This document shows, piece by piece, positions 24,899 to 36,501 of a DNA stretch of 64,000 nt. Source of the stretch: Chara braunii (lineage: Eukaryota; Plantae; Charophyceae); contig BFEA01000036.1 in assembly GCA_003427395.1 (NCBI GenBank), positions 520,281 to 584,280 of the forward strand, read 5' to 3'. The notes below the pieces were generated by a model, which worked only from the letters and a program-made list of their open reading frames with translations, searched no databases and had not been told where the DNA came from. The position numbers and the translations under genes are program-made. How positions within the stretch are numbered: the stretch's first letter is position 1; every line of letters begins with the position of its first letter.

Positions 24899-24949
24899 AC
24901 TGTCGAGGTTCAGCCTCCTGATGAGTCGGTGAGAATCCGATGAAACAGT
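24899..24949 (+). ncRNA. Type III hammerhead ribozyme HH2, right-LTR copy
   Basis: Stem III ACTGT/ACAGT, GUC at 24904, stem I GAGGT/GCCTC, CTGATGA 24918-24, stem II GTCGG/CCGAT (G-U first pair), GAAA. Confidence 0.85.
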
Positions 24950-25132
24950 CTGGCGCAGCCAGACTTCCGAATTGCCCGTTCGTTCGAAACGAACGGGCAC
25001 TCACTAAAAAAAACAAAAAGGAAGAAAAAAAAAAACAATAAATCTAAACAAAATTTAAGCCGTGAATCTAAAAAAAAAAAAGTATAGGCAATATCAAAAA
25101 AAAAACAAGAAAAAAAAAAAAAAAAACGTGCG

Positions 25133-25228
25133 GCCGCGCCGAGATTAGCATAGCCCCTAAGCCCCTAAGCCGTGAAAACGGCGATGCATGTCATCCTTGG
25201 GTAGGGGCTATGCTAATCTCGGCGCGGC
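25133..25228. repeat. 27-bp perfect inverted repeat containing U6-derived sequence
   Basis: GCCGCGCCGAGATTAGCATAGCCCCTA (25133-59) pairs with TAGGGGCTATGCTAATCTCGGCGCGGC (25202-28). The U6 fragment on minus spans 25185-25219. Confidence 0.9.
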
Positions 25229-26999
25229 TGATTTCATCCGCGCGATCTCGAAGATCGCACGACCGAAAATCGGTCGCGCCCTTCCTCACGTCGCGGCTAC
25301 TCCAAAAAGGAGTTAGCCCGGTAGTGCGGTTAGTCAGATTTGATCCCTGTGCCTGGAGGGCAATAGTCTGGCAGCAGTACCTACTGGGCTAGCTCCTTCT
25401 CACATCAAGAGAGGAGCTGCCCTTCTATATGAAGGGCTTCTGGTACCCAGCAGGCCCCCTTCCGGCGCCTAGCAGGCCGTGCCTGCTAAGCCTGCTTGCT
25501 ACCGCAGCTGGCGGGCGGGGTCGGCAACCAACAGCCTTAGCAGTTGCCCTACCTCGCCGACTGTAACGCCATTACCCCCTCGGTCCTTGGCGTCAAAGTC
25601 CCGCGGACTCACAAACTCTCTATCCCGGTACACCGCGGCCCTATACCCGACGTGGGCGCTCTTTTTTGCCTACTTAGGCCCTGAATCGCGTGGCTGCTAA
25701 GCCGTGCGACATCTTTTAGGTAGAATAAGCGTAGCATTAGTCTACCCACGACCACACACCCCTGCGGCCTTGTCGAGAACCGTAGACGACAGTGCCGACT
25801 CCTGCTGTCTTGAACAAACGTTGATGATGTCACACGTCAACGACGTCAGGCTTTAAGTCTGCCAGTTATAGGTTTGGTCTGAATAACTTCGGCAACGTTA
25901 ATCTCATCATGTTCCTCAACGAAAAAAGTCAGACAGTGTCTGATCTTAAAAAACTCGGGCAGAAACCCTCTCAGGGGTTTCTGTCCCGACAACGACGCAC
26001 ACCTGGCTCGTCGCCCCCTCTCTCCCTCTGTTTGTCTGTCCCCTCTTGGATCCGTTGAGTGCCATGCCAGCGCCAGCGCTCCCGATGCGTTTGGTCAACC
26101 TTGCCGCAAGGGACGAGCTGGGTACGCCTGACTCACTTGGCTGAGTTCCCCTATATCGCCATCTTTGTTGCTCTCACTGCCTGCCTCAAGTCCAGTTGCA
26201 CTGCCCTGTTCCTCAATCGATCCCTTGTGTGTGCGTGTGCTGCGGACACCAGCACGCCGGTCTACCCGCACGCTCCTAATCACATAACTCCTTTTGCGAC
26301 TACGCGTCCTCGTGATTGATGTCTCTTCCACTGACTCAGCGAACTAGCGCGGGTTACGCCTCGCTCACCCCATTGAACTTCTCCCTCTTCAAGTGTATCA
26401 TCTCCCGTAAGCTCCCGGCGCCGCTCTCTCGTTGACCAAATCTTGGACGTGTGTGCCTGCCTCTGCTCTCTAGTCGAACCCTGAGCGTTCTCCCACAACT
26501 TTTCTGGCGTGATCACCTCGACTCACTTCATCTCCCAAACCTCCCTTCCGATCGCCCCATGGCTCAGGGGACAAGCTCCAAAGTCAACGAAGCTAGGCAC
26601 TGGGTACACCTTGTGCGGAGCATAGTCCCCCTCTTCTGAATCTTTCTTCATTTTTATTCCTCCCATGTTCGGATCACAGTGTCTGGGTGCAGGACGATTC
26701 CTCAGACCACCTTCGTAGCTACACAGGCCCGCTGCAGATATTAGGCCTTTCTTCCCACAAAAACAAAATCTAGTGTCCAGTGCCATCCGGACAACCCGCG
26801 GCTACAAGTTTGGCCGAGGAAAAAATGCCAGCACTCATGCTTGCAGCCCCATGACTATAGGCCTGGATTTTCAAGTCTACACAGCATCAGGGACGTGAAG
26901 GCACACAATAGGCTTCTCTCGGTAAAAACAGTAGGAAATTGGTTGGTTCGAAAAGGTAGTGCTGTTGGCCTTGATAACCGTATCACGAGACATTCTTGT

Positions 27000-27790
27000 C
27001 AAACTGCCCCTGTACTGTACCCGTGCCGAACTGCATAAGGCCCAATTCCATCATGAGTGAAGACCGCAATGGCCCCAAAGCAAGTCGAAGATGGTTCCAG
27101 ACCAATCACCATACCGCAGATACCGCAACATTCAGTTTTCGTGTCACGTTGTCATTACCCCAATGACCGTACCGGCCCAATACAAAATATAATTACACGC
27201 CGGAGATAAATCAGGTTGATACCGTCCAGACAACGACACTGTAGCTGTTCCAAACCTCGAAAGACTTCAGAATAAGCAGCAACATGCCGCCACAGTACCA
27301 TCCAGTCCCCCATGGGATTGCACCGCACGTATCTCGGACCAGTCGTGGCTACACAGTACCTCTTCCGAAGCAGTGTCCTGTGAGTCGTAGCAGATCAACA
27401 CAGAGTGTCATGCCATTTCGTAGATGTACCATTGTACCGCACCATAAGAATGTCGAATTGTTACCATACCAGCGTCGACCTTCTCTCGAACCAGTGCACC
27501 GTACCCGTCCCAATTCAGCATCGTACCGAACCAATGTGGAACTCCGTACCATGCCGCAAATGAACCATACCAATATAATTGAACCGCGTGACCCATATCA
27601 TTGTAGTCCCAATAGCCGCACCGAACCAACCATGTCCCCATAACCCAAAAAAAAACAGCCCCACTCGTTCAACATCAGCGAATGAGGGGAGCCATCAGGT
27701 AAATCAGGTAAACAACGGAGGTACACAATTATCGGGACTCGAGGGAATCTTCAGACTCGGCGTAAGTAAAAGAACCGGGCAAAATCCATC
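27000..27790. repeat. Region dense in short (C)GTACC(G)/ACCG motifs, likely a DNA-transposon subterminal region
   Basis: Repeated CGTACC, GTACCG and CCGAACC motifs followed by AT-rich duplicated blocks. No TIR identified. Confidence 0.35.
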
Positions 27791-27882
27791 GCGAGTACTT
27801 TTAATAAAATTTAATCAAATGACAAATAAAAAAATTTTGCGAGTAATTTTAATAAAATTTAATCAAATGATAAATAATCGCT

Positions 27883-27945
<63 letters not shown>

Positions 27946-28118
27946 CATCGAAAATAATAAAAATAATGGATCATTTTCTTAAGAGTGGATTTCAATAAAA
28001 TTTAAGTAAATAACAATTATTCTATTGTTCTCATCCCTCATATTATTTTGATTCTTTTTTCCAATTTCAATTCTGATATAGAATTAATAAAATTTTGAGG
28101 CGTCACTTCCTCACCAAT

Positions 28119-31020
28119 TGTAAGATGCAGAAGGGTCGCGCCAAGGCCTATTTCTGTATTCTCGTCCCGCGGCTAGCCTCTTCGGAATTACCCTTGGAAC
28201 GAACGAAACCCATAGGCACTAGGCGCGGCAAGTGTGGTCGTTCCTCTCGTTAATTTCAAGGGTCAGTTTTAATATTTGACATGGAGAATATTTGGGGTCT
28301 CTTTCCAACCCCTAATTTCTCCCAAGGGCTCGGACGAAAGTCCCGGTCAATCCCTCTTTAGGGAGATAATCTAAGGGTTAATCTGTCGGATTTCGGGTGG
28401 CCGACTGACCTTCGGCCGCCCGACAAACAAGCGCGGACCTCCTCTCAACGCCCCCGTCGAGCCCGCACCGCCATAATCAGACGAATCGTATAAGATTTAG
28501 ACTGACCACACACGCACGACTCTTATGATTGCGCCTATCCGTCTGACGCTTGGGTCATCTTGGAACTCTAGGACTGAGAGGGTGTTTCTTCCCTCTCTTA
28601 TGTCGCAGTCGCTTGGATCTCATTTTAGGGATGCTTCTCAGCTTCTTCCTTCGTTGGAGTGGCAGGGCAGCAGCTACCCCCCCCCGTCTAATGCGGATTC
28701 TGTGTTTAGGTCTCCACAGCACGAATAGCCATCTCCTTTTCTTACCTAGCGTCAAGCCCTTCATTTTCCTGGTCTCTACCCTCTTCCTCTTTTCGGAGCT
28801 CTCTCCTGCCTCAAACCGTCTCGACGGTCCTTCATCCGTCACCTTGGTTTTTCCCTTTCCTTTTGGGTCTGATAGTGTCAGCGCAGGAGTAGGGGTCTCC
28901 CTTGGCCTAAACAGCTGCCACAAGATCCTTCCACTTAGATCCATCTAACTCAGCAATCATATACGCTTCCCAACTGAGTGTTCCGACTACGCGGTAGGGA
29001 CTCATCCATCTGTTAGCCAACTTTCCTGACCACGTCCTTTCTAATGCTGCGTTGTAGAGAAGTACCATATCACCCACAATTATCTTCTTCTTTCTAACCC
29101 TGACGTCCTTATCCCATCTTTCTTTGCCTTTGCCCCTCTCCACCACAAATTGATCGGACGCGGTCATGAGATTGTCCTCTAATCCGTAGGCTATCTGTCT
29201 AGTCCTAGCCGCCAGTAGCTCCTCTCGTAACATACTATCCGCCCAGTCAACTGTAGTCCAACTATCGACATGAAACTCTATGGGCAGAGGGCAGTGTCTT
29301 CCGAACCATAGAGTGTACTGCGGGTATCCTGTGCTAGCTCTAACAGTTACTGTGACATTATCTGCCCAAACCGCATATCGGAAGTATTTTGGTCAGTCAC
29401 TATCTTTACCTCTACACCACTTGGATAGGGACGTTATCAAGGACCGATGCCCTCGCTCTACAGAAGCGTTGGATTAAGGGTGACAGGCAGTACCTATTGA
29501 TACTCTAGCTTCCGCTTTCTTGAACACACTCTGCACCTCGTCCGCTAGGAACTCTGCTCCCCTATCCATCACAATCCTACTGACGCACCCATATCTGGAC
29601 AGATATTCCAGAACAAAGTTCTTCACTTCTCTAGCTGTCTTAGTTCGAATAGGTTTTCCGTCAACAAACCCAGTGAAGTCATCTCTGATGTTTACGACAT
29701 AATTCATATTGCCTACTCCCTTTGGCATCTTCACCAGATCTATATGCACCTTCTCACACGGTCGAGTAGGATAGGATGGATGAAGCGGCTCCTTGTACCT
29801 CACAAGCGATCTCTTCTGACAGTCCTCACAAGTCATACAGTACTTTTCGACGTCTTTGTATTGACCTTCCCACCAGTATAGTCTCCGGACCTTCTCATAT
29901 CTCCTTTTTACTCCTCTATGTCCACCGACCACACCGTCATATAGTTCTGCCACTATGGGTTGTTTCTCCTCCAGGTCACAAATCACTCGTAAAGGCATTC
30001 CTGATCCCGTGGGTCTGCGGAATAAATGCCCAGATCTAAGGCAGTACTGTGTCACCTGTCTCCTAATCTTTGGATCAGAACTCTCTTCTTCTGACAGATG
30101 CAGTCCTAGAGTCCGGTACTTTCCTTCATAAAGGTTAACTAGGAATCGATCAGTTCGTCTAGGCTCAGTCATAGTCAGTGCGGCTACCGTTATTGATCGC
30201 TCCGCCTCGATCGGAATCCGCGAAAGTCCATCGACAACCACATTCTTTGGTCCTGAGATTCTCTCTACAGTATAATCGTAGAATCGGATCCTTATCAGCC
30301 ATCGCGCAATCGTACGATCCGTCAGACTGAAGTCCTTCTGTAAAACTGACGCCGCAACCGTAGGGTCTACCCGTAGAATGAATCACCTCTCGTATATGTA
30401 GTGTCTAAAAGCGTCTAAACACGGTAGGACAGCTAACACCTTCTTCTTAAATTGACTGTAGTTGTGTTCGGCGGTGTTGAGCATACGACTCTCGAATCTC
30501 AGCGGCCTCTCCTTACCGTCAGCGTCCTTTTGAGAAAGCAGCCCTCCAACCGAACATCGTCCAACATCGGTAGACACTATGAAGGGTTTGCTGGTCTCGT
30601 CCTCGAAGGACGGTACTCCCAGGATTCGCCCCCCTTCTTTAAATTCTTCCTTGAGGGTTTGTACCGCAAGCTCCTCAGGAGAATCCCAGTAAAACCGCTC
30701 CGTTTTCCTAAGGAGAGTTCGCAAAGGTTTTGCCTTCTCGGCATATCCACGTATAAAAATCCGCCAGTAACCCACAACTCCTAGGAATTGGCGGACTTCG
30801 GTAGCGTTGTGCAATGGAGTTGGCCAGTTCAGGAGTTTATCTAACTTCGCCGGGTCCGCTCGACGCCCTCTCGAATCACATATGAACCCCAAAATCTTAA
30901 TCGTCGAGACTGCCCACCGGCTCTTCATCCCACTGACCGCCAGGTTAGTTTCATCTAGATGTTCTAGAACCGCATAGATGTCCGTTAGATGCTGCTCTAC
31001 GAATCTCCTGACACCGGGAG
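28119..31020 (-). mobile_element. 3' part of a Ty3/gypsy element (RT C-terminus, RNase H, integrase, putative short LTR 28119-28447)
   Basis: ILGF..D..K....NWPTP..EVRQFLGVVGYWR.FI (RT), PFIVSTD..VGGLLSQ..RPLRFESR (RNase H), GGHRG..C..C, VHIDLV, IVMDRGAEF (integrase), KLANRW..PY. Domain order RT-RH-IN. Confidence 0.9.
28907..30241 (-). pseudogene. Gypsy integrase, interrupted
   Basis: ORFs 29474-30241 and 28907-29233 contain an HHCC-like region, a D-D core and a GPY/F-like tail. Confidence 0.85.
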
Positions 31021-31687
31021 CACCGTTCTTTCGACTACCTGACGTACTCTCAGCTTTCGAGACTTCCTTATTGGCCGGATCTATGAACCCGGAACCACTT
31101 CTCCCATTTCGCTTATGTTTTCGATCCTTTTTTTCACGTTGAAACAACATTCGACAAAAGCTTGTTCGCGGTGGGGTTTCTCCTTTCGAAACAAACCCAA
31201 AAAATGGGGGTTCCGGGGGGGTGTTTTTTTCCACCACTTCAGCAAACGGATCAAAATCCGCCTCGACCCTCACCGGACAACAAGGGTCTGACTCCGTATG
31301 ATAAAGCGTTCGACACTGGTCACACCATGGGGTGCTTGCCGAGATTATTTCAAAATAATAATATCCTTGGTTAGGGATCCCGACTACCAATCTCGGTCTA
31401 ACCCTAACCCTGGCTTGAGGTTCCAAGTCAAAGCGTACTGTTCCCAGCTTTGGCTCTTCGTCATCAGGTTCCATCGGGTGGACACACACCACTGCTCCGA
31501 AATTACTCTCGATAGCAGCTTGCAGCGCTGGCATCAGCTGCAGGGGTACCCTTGGGCATCGTACCCAAAATATTTTCGGAGTTAAGTCTTTGAAATTCCT
31601 CATCTCGGTGAAGGTCATCCAGGGCAGAAAGGCAACTCGGTACTCTTTCCCTTCTGCGTAAATCACATCTTCCTTTTTGTGCAACAT
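30383..31687 (-). CDS. Chimeric ORF: LINE ORF1-like N-terminus fused to gypsy RT-thumb/RNase H
   Basis: The N-terminal half has FWVRCPRVPL...FG.V...VRFDL...CDQCRTLYH...C. The C-terminal half is gypsy pol from PGVRRFV onward. Confidence 0.6.
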   Translation of the reverse strand: MLHKKEDVIYAEGKEYRVAFLPWMTFTEMRNFKDLTPKIFWVRCPRVPLQLMPALQAAIESNFGAVVCVHPMEPDDEEPKLGTVRFDLEPQARVRVRPRLVVGIPNQGYYYFEIISASTPWCDQCRTLYHTESDPCCPVRVEADFDPFAEVVEKNTPPEPPFFGFVSKGETPPRTSFCRMLFQREKKDRKHKRNGRSGSGFIDPANKEVSKAESTSGSRKNGAPGVRRFVEQHLTDIYAVLEHLDETNLAVSGMKSRWAVSTIKILGFICDSRGRRADPAKLDKLLNWPTPLHNATEVRQFLGVVGYWRIFIRGYAEKAKPLRTLLRKTERFYWDSPEELAVQTLKEEFKEGGRILGVPSFEDETSKPFIVSTDVGRCSVGGLLSQKDADGKERPLRFESRMLNTAEHNYSQFKKKVLAVLPCLDAFRHYIYER

Positions 31688-32300
31688 CCATTCTACAACG
31701 TTCGTTTGTGAGGAGACGAAGGAGCATAGGTTCTTCCCCTCACTTTGATATCTGCCTCTTTTTAGCCCTTCGTCAACAAGCCCAGAGTCATATCATGCAT
31801 TCTCATAGACCCGCACCAATTTCTTTTTAAGTTTGTTTGACAAAGTTGCCGCGTCATTCAGAAATTGGATCGTTATTGCATGCTTTTTCAACCATTGAAT
31901 GTTTTGCTCTGAGAAATCTTCGTTTAGGTCAAAACGGGCTAAATCGTCTGTTAGTTGTGCAACTCCTATGTTTAGTCCAGCTGGGAGAATTCCATCCTGA
32001 AGCACGTCTTTTTTTTTTTTTTTTTAACAAACAGCTCCATCTATTGGTGGGGAGCAACACCTGCTGGAAACCGGATCCAGCGTCCCATAGATACAACCAT
32101 ATCCTCTTAATTTGGCACCAACTGGAAACCGGGCCCAGCGTCCCATCATCAGAAAATTTCATGAATTTAGACAAGGAACTACTGGAAGAATCCAAACAGC
32201 AATTAATGGAAGTCCCTCGAATGCTCAGAACCCCTGGAAGCTCCCCACAAAAACACTCTAAAATTCTCTAATACTGTCTTCCTCCCTGCCGAGCTCTCCC
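31020..32300 (-). mobile_element. LINE ORF1 remnant (DUF4283/zinc-knuckle type)
   Basis: The 31793-32005 ORF and the 5' half of the 30383-31687 ORF show a WVR..VP motif and a CX2CX4H knuckle. Confidence 0.6.
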
Positions 32301-33710
32301 AGGCCTCGTGCCCCCACCCTGCTAGGTTACAGGGCAACACGACTCCCCCCAGCTCCGGCCAGCGTCGTCCCGACAGCAACCCTTGGTTTTCCCTTAGAAT
32401 GCCCGGCCCAAAAGCATCCCCAGATCTCTCTACCAGGCCTCACGCTCCTGCTATTAACAGGTTACAGGGCAATCCCCCAGCACCGGCCATCGAAAAACCA
32501 ACAGGTCCATGAGTAAACAGCATCAAGGAAACCTAGACTGCTTTGCAAGAAGTACCCAGAGTCCTAAACAATTCTCAAGACTACCTAAAATATCCAGAAA
32601 CATCTCGAAACTGGCAAAGAAACTAGGGCCAGATTGATTTTTTTTTTCTTTCGAGGTGACTATGACAAAATTCAGAAATCTACTCAGAGAAACCCCCCCC
32701 TCAACCCTCTATGCCTCCCTCCGGCAAGACTAACTGCAACAGAGCCACCATCTCTGCCGCTGCTGTGCCATACTCCCATCCTACCAGCTAGCCCCCTCAC
32801 TGATAGGACGCGTGATATCCCCTCATTAGCAGAGAGTTGATTTGATCCTTTTCTCTTCTGTGTAAGCCTGTTTTTGAGCTCCAGGGTCCATTTCTGCTCC
32901 CCCTCCCTGGTCTTGCTGATTATACATTCTCTCAAGTTGAACCCGTTATTTACCAATTCCGTCCACCAAAAAATAGAGGAAGAGGAAGATTGGCCCTTAT
33001 ACTCCCCGTCCCTACGAACTTTGATTAAAGTAATAGGAGGCTTCTTAATAAATCAGAGTAAGCATTCATATCCCCGTAGAATAAATATATCAGTTTGGTC
33101 TTGAGGGTGATCGAGGAAATTTGTGTTTGTTTGGGATCGTCAGGGTGGAGTCAGGGTGGAGGCGACGACGACCGACAGGTAGGTGCGCAGGACGCGGTCC
33201 AGCTGTCTGCTGTCTGTGGGACCAGGCAGCGAGGCTGGACTGCAGGCGCGTGGGCACGAACCGCTGCTGTCCGCAAGCGACGTCCGCGTACCGTGCGCGG
33301 TGGCGCCGAACCCGGGGAGAGCGGCGGAGAGCGGGTTGTTCTCGTTCTTGAGAGAAAGGGAAGCTGCAGGCAGTGTGCACGGACAGCCGTGCAACGGCGA
33401 CCAGCGGGCGGCGGCAGTTCACCCGGTTGACGGTGAGTTCCTCCATCCTCTGCTTTTCCTCGTGCGTCTGCTATCTCTCCTCTTCTCTTCTCTTCTCCTC
33501 TCTTCTCTTCTTGTCCTTCCTCTTGGCTCGCTACCCCCCCCCCCTTCTCCTTGCCGTCCTTTCTCTCCATCGAGCAGTTCAAACTTGTTCGAGTTGGCAT
33601 TCCCCTCGTCTTTCTTACTCGTCGGGGCTGCGTGAGTGTTACGGGCAGAGGTTCCCATCACCGGGGCTTGCAGTCGAACAGGGGGGAGAGGGGGGGGGAG
33701 TAAGCGTGAA

Positions 33711-33865
33711 TGGTGGAGAATGTGGGGTATGGGAACGGACTGGTGGAGAATGTGGGGTATGGGAACGGACTGGTGGAGAAGGCGGGGTGTGGGAAGGGAT
33801 GTAATGGGGGTAATTGCAAGGGGTAAGTAAGGAGGGTGACTGGTGGAGAATGTGGGGCGTGGGAA
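33711..33865. repeat. 30-bp minisatellite
   Basis: TGGTGGAGAATGTGGGGTATGGGAACGGAC x2 plus partial copies. Confidence 0.85.
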
Positions 33866-34042
33866 GGCATAAGAAGGCCTGGGGGGATTTGAAGGAGAAT
33901 TGAGGAAGTGGTGTAATTGGAGGCGGGTAGACAGATATACGGGGAGAGGGTTCTGATCGAACGGGGATACTGATACATGGAGTGGCACACACAACTATAC
34001 TTACATACATACACACACGCACACACACACAGACAGACACAC

Positions 34043-34102
<60 letters not shown>

Positions 34103-34687
34103 TTGCCGGTTTCTTAGCTTCTCCTGTCTCATTATTTCTCGTCTGAAAGATCATCGTCATCTGTACCTCCCTCCTTCCCCCTGACGATACATTTCCTCCT
34201 ACGCAATCTCCATCGTTATTGCTGCCGTCCATTCTTTTGTCTTGTTCTCCCTGGTCCGTTGCATCTCTCTCCCTCTCTCCCTCTCTTCTTGTCTCGCTCT
34301 CAAATAGTGACTCTGTGCTCACCTTTCACCGTTTTCCCTTCCGTGATTTCGGTATTCGTCTTCCCCTCCTCTTTTCCTCCCTCCCTCTTGCTGCCTCGGT
34401 GTCGTCTTCTTCGTCCGTGTAGAGCATAGGCACTGCAATTCTCGAAACGTCGGGTTTTAACGGAGAAGGGAAGGATGTTGGATATCTGCGTTAGAGGAAG
34501 GGGAGGCAACAAAAAAAAAAATGTCGTCGAAGGTATGATGGATAGATAGCGAGAATATATAGTTAGGATATATATGCGTCTATCATATAGAATGTGCGCC
34601 TGTGAGGTTATAGCGAAGGCAATTGCGCACCTCCTCACCAGTACTCCTTTACGTGTGTGTAAATGTGTGTGACACACACATACACAC

Positions 34688-34731
<44 letters not shown>

Positions 34732-35029
34732 ATGGGGCGTATCATCGATGTGAGGCCGTCGGTGATGCAGACCAGTCCATCGTCGGAAGAGAAGAAGAAG
34801 AGAGGGGACTGTTTCTCTGCTTGGAGAGGAGGAGGAGGAGGAGGAGGAGGAGGAATGGAGCGAACGAAGGGGAGGTACGAGGGGTTTGGGAGGGAATAGC
34901 AGTGGTAGAGTCCAGCAATCTGGTGACCGGCATGAGGGATGTGATGCCCAAGTGGGCATTTTTTTGCTGTCGGGAAAAAAAAAAAGTTTTCGTGTGAATC
35001 AGGGATGGCCACGTCACGTTGGCTCTTGA

Positions 35030-35070
<41 letters not shown>

Positions 35071-35215
35071 TTTTGTTTTTTTTTGAGTCTTAGAAAAAAG
35101 GACAGTAAATAAAAATTCAACCTGGGAGATAGAGTCGTTCGCGTCGATGGCGTCAGAACCGCCCTTGACGATGCTGTATATAGAGATTGATTGGCCAATG
35201 AAAAACAGGGGTGAA

Positions 35216-35318
35216 ATACCTTTCTCGGCCTTTTGGCTAAGATCAAGTGTAGTATCTGTTCTGATCAGTTTAATATCTGATCAGTTTAATATCTGATCCG
35301 TGGTCCATCGGGCCACAC
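35216..35318 (+). pseudogene. U2: U2 snRNA 5' portion, truncated before the Sm site, with an internal 16-nt duplication
   Basis: ATACCTTTCTCGGCCTTTTGGCTAAGATCAAGTGTAGTATCTGTTCT matches the plant U2 5' end including the GTAGTA branch-recognition sequence. CAGTTTAATATCTGAT is duplicated (35266-81 / 35282-97). An A-run follows, and TATATAG lies ~35-40 nt upstream. Confidence 0.92.
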
Positions 35319-35347
35319 AAGAAAAAAAAAAAAAAGAAAAAAAAAAA

Positions 35348-35411
<64 letters not shown>

Positions 35412-35647
35412 TAAAGGACGTGATGTGACCTCCTACGGGTGTCATGTCATCACCGAATCCATGGATTACTCACGGGGTTATTTTTAGATAAAAAAAAAAC
35501 ACCATCTCCCTTTCTGTCGACGGTTGACCCGGCAGTTCTCAATGACTATATCTATATAAACATTAAGTTTTTATTTTTTTTATTTGGGAAAAAATAAACA
35601 TTAAGGTTGCGATGAGCTATCCCCATGTTTTTATGGGACATGCTCTT

Positions 35648-35689
<42 letters not shown>

Positions 35690-36394
35690 CCCCTCCTCAC
35701 TCGCTCAGTCACAGTCGGTCATTCCGAGTATCTGACCGGCCAATTGCCTTTCCCCTTTTTTTTTTTTACCCAGGAGAGATGAAGGTACATTACGATATTT
35801 TTATCTCGCCCCGCCAGTCGTATTCCCCTTTTTTTTTCTGTGCTTTTTTTTTTTTTTAAATGTCATCCTCAAGAAACGAAGAAGAGGAATGATCACAGAG
35901 CTAAAGAAAAGGAGAAAGACAAACAATGGCCGATTGCTCTTCAGACGCAATTCACAGGATATTACAGCCAAGAACATACAAGCGTGTAAAGTAAAATAAA
36001 ATTATTACACAGCATATGCACTCCGAATAAAGGAATCGATCGGAAAGAAGGAAAAAAAAAAGAGAAAGGAAAAAAGAAAGACTGCGAAGGGAGTTCTGGG
36101 TACGTGGCGGGAAAATGAAGTCGGGAACGAAAACGGCGGGAAAGAAAGATCAGGACAGAGGCGGCTGCTGCGTTTGGGAAAGATAGGCGGAAAGGGGATG
36201 ATAGCAGGGGTCACGGGAAGCGGAGTGATCGAGAGAGCGAGGTAGTAAAGAGCCAAGGTCGTTGAGCGGGAAAACTAAAATGCCAGATTAAGGGGAAATA
36301 AACAATTTCAAGACTGCAACGACGTGTCCTTCATTCCTTTCTCCCCCCCCCCCCCCCCCCCCCGCCGGCCTCGCCTCCCCCTTTTTGTCTTTTG

Positions 36395-36501
36395 AAATTC
36401 GGACCATTTCTCCATTCCTGCGTGTCATCCTTGAAAGCGCAGGGGCCATGCTAATCTTCGTTCTCTGTATCGTTCCACTTTTAATTGGTGTCCCGGAGGA
36501 C
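36395..36501 (-). pseudogene. U6: Full-length U6 snRNA variant or pseudogene with two 4-nt insertions
   Basis: GTCCTCCGGGACACCAATTAAAAGTGGAACGATACAGAGAA[CGAA]GATTAGCATGGCCCCTGCGC[TTTC]AAGGATGACACGCAGGAATGGAGAAATGGTCCGAATTT. No clear TATA box or T>=4 terminator. Confidence 0.92.

Larger units (their letters stand above)
11946..25991 (-). mobile_element. Non-autonomous gag-only (TR-GAG/LARD-like) LTR retrotransposon, full length
   Basis: Two long direct repeats bounded by TG...CA (11946-17776 and 21207-25991), with a PBS at 21187-21204 and a PPT at 17777-17791. The 3.4-kb interior has a gag remnant and no recognisable pol. Flanks ACGG/ACGA are a possible imperfect 4-bp TSD. Confidence 0.9.
21207..25991 (-). 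repeat. 5' LTR (4785 bp)
   Basis: Runs from TGTTGAGCGCATCGG to GTTTCTGTCCCGACA and lies adjacent to the PBS. Confidence 0.9.
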
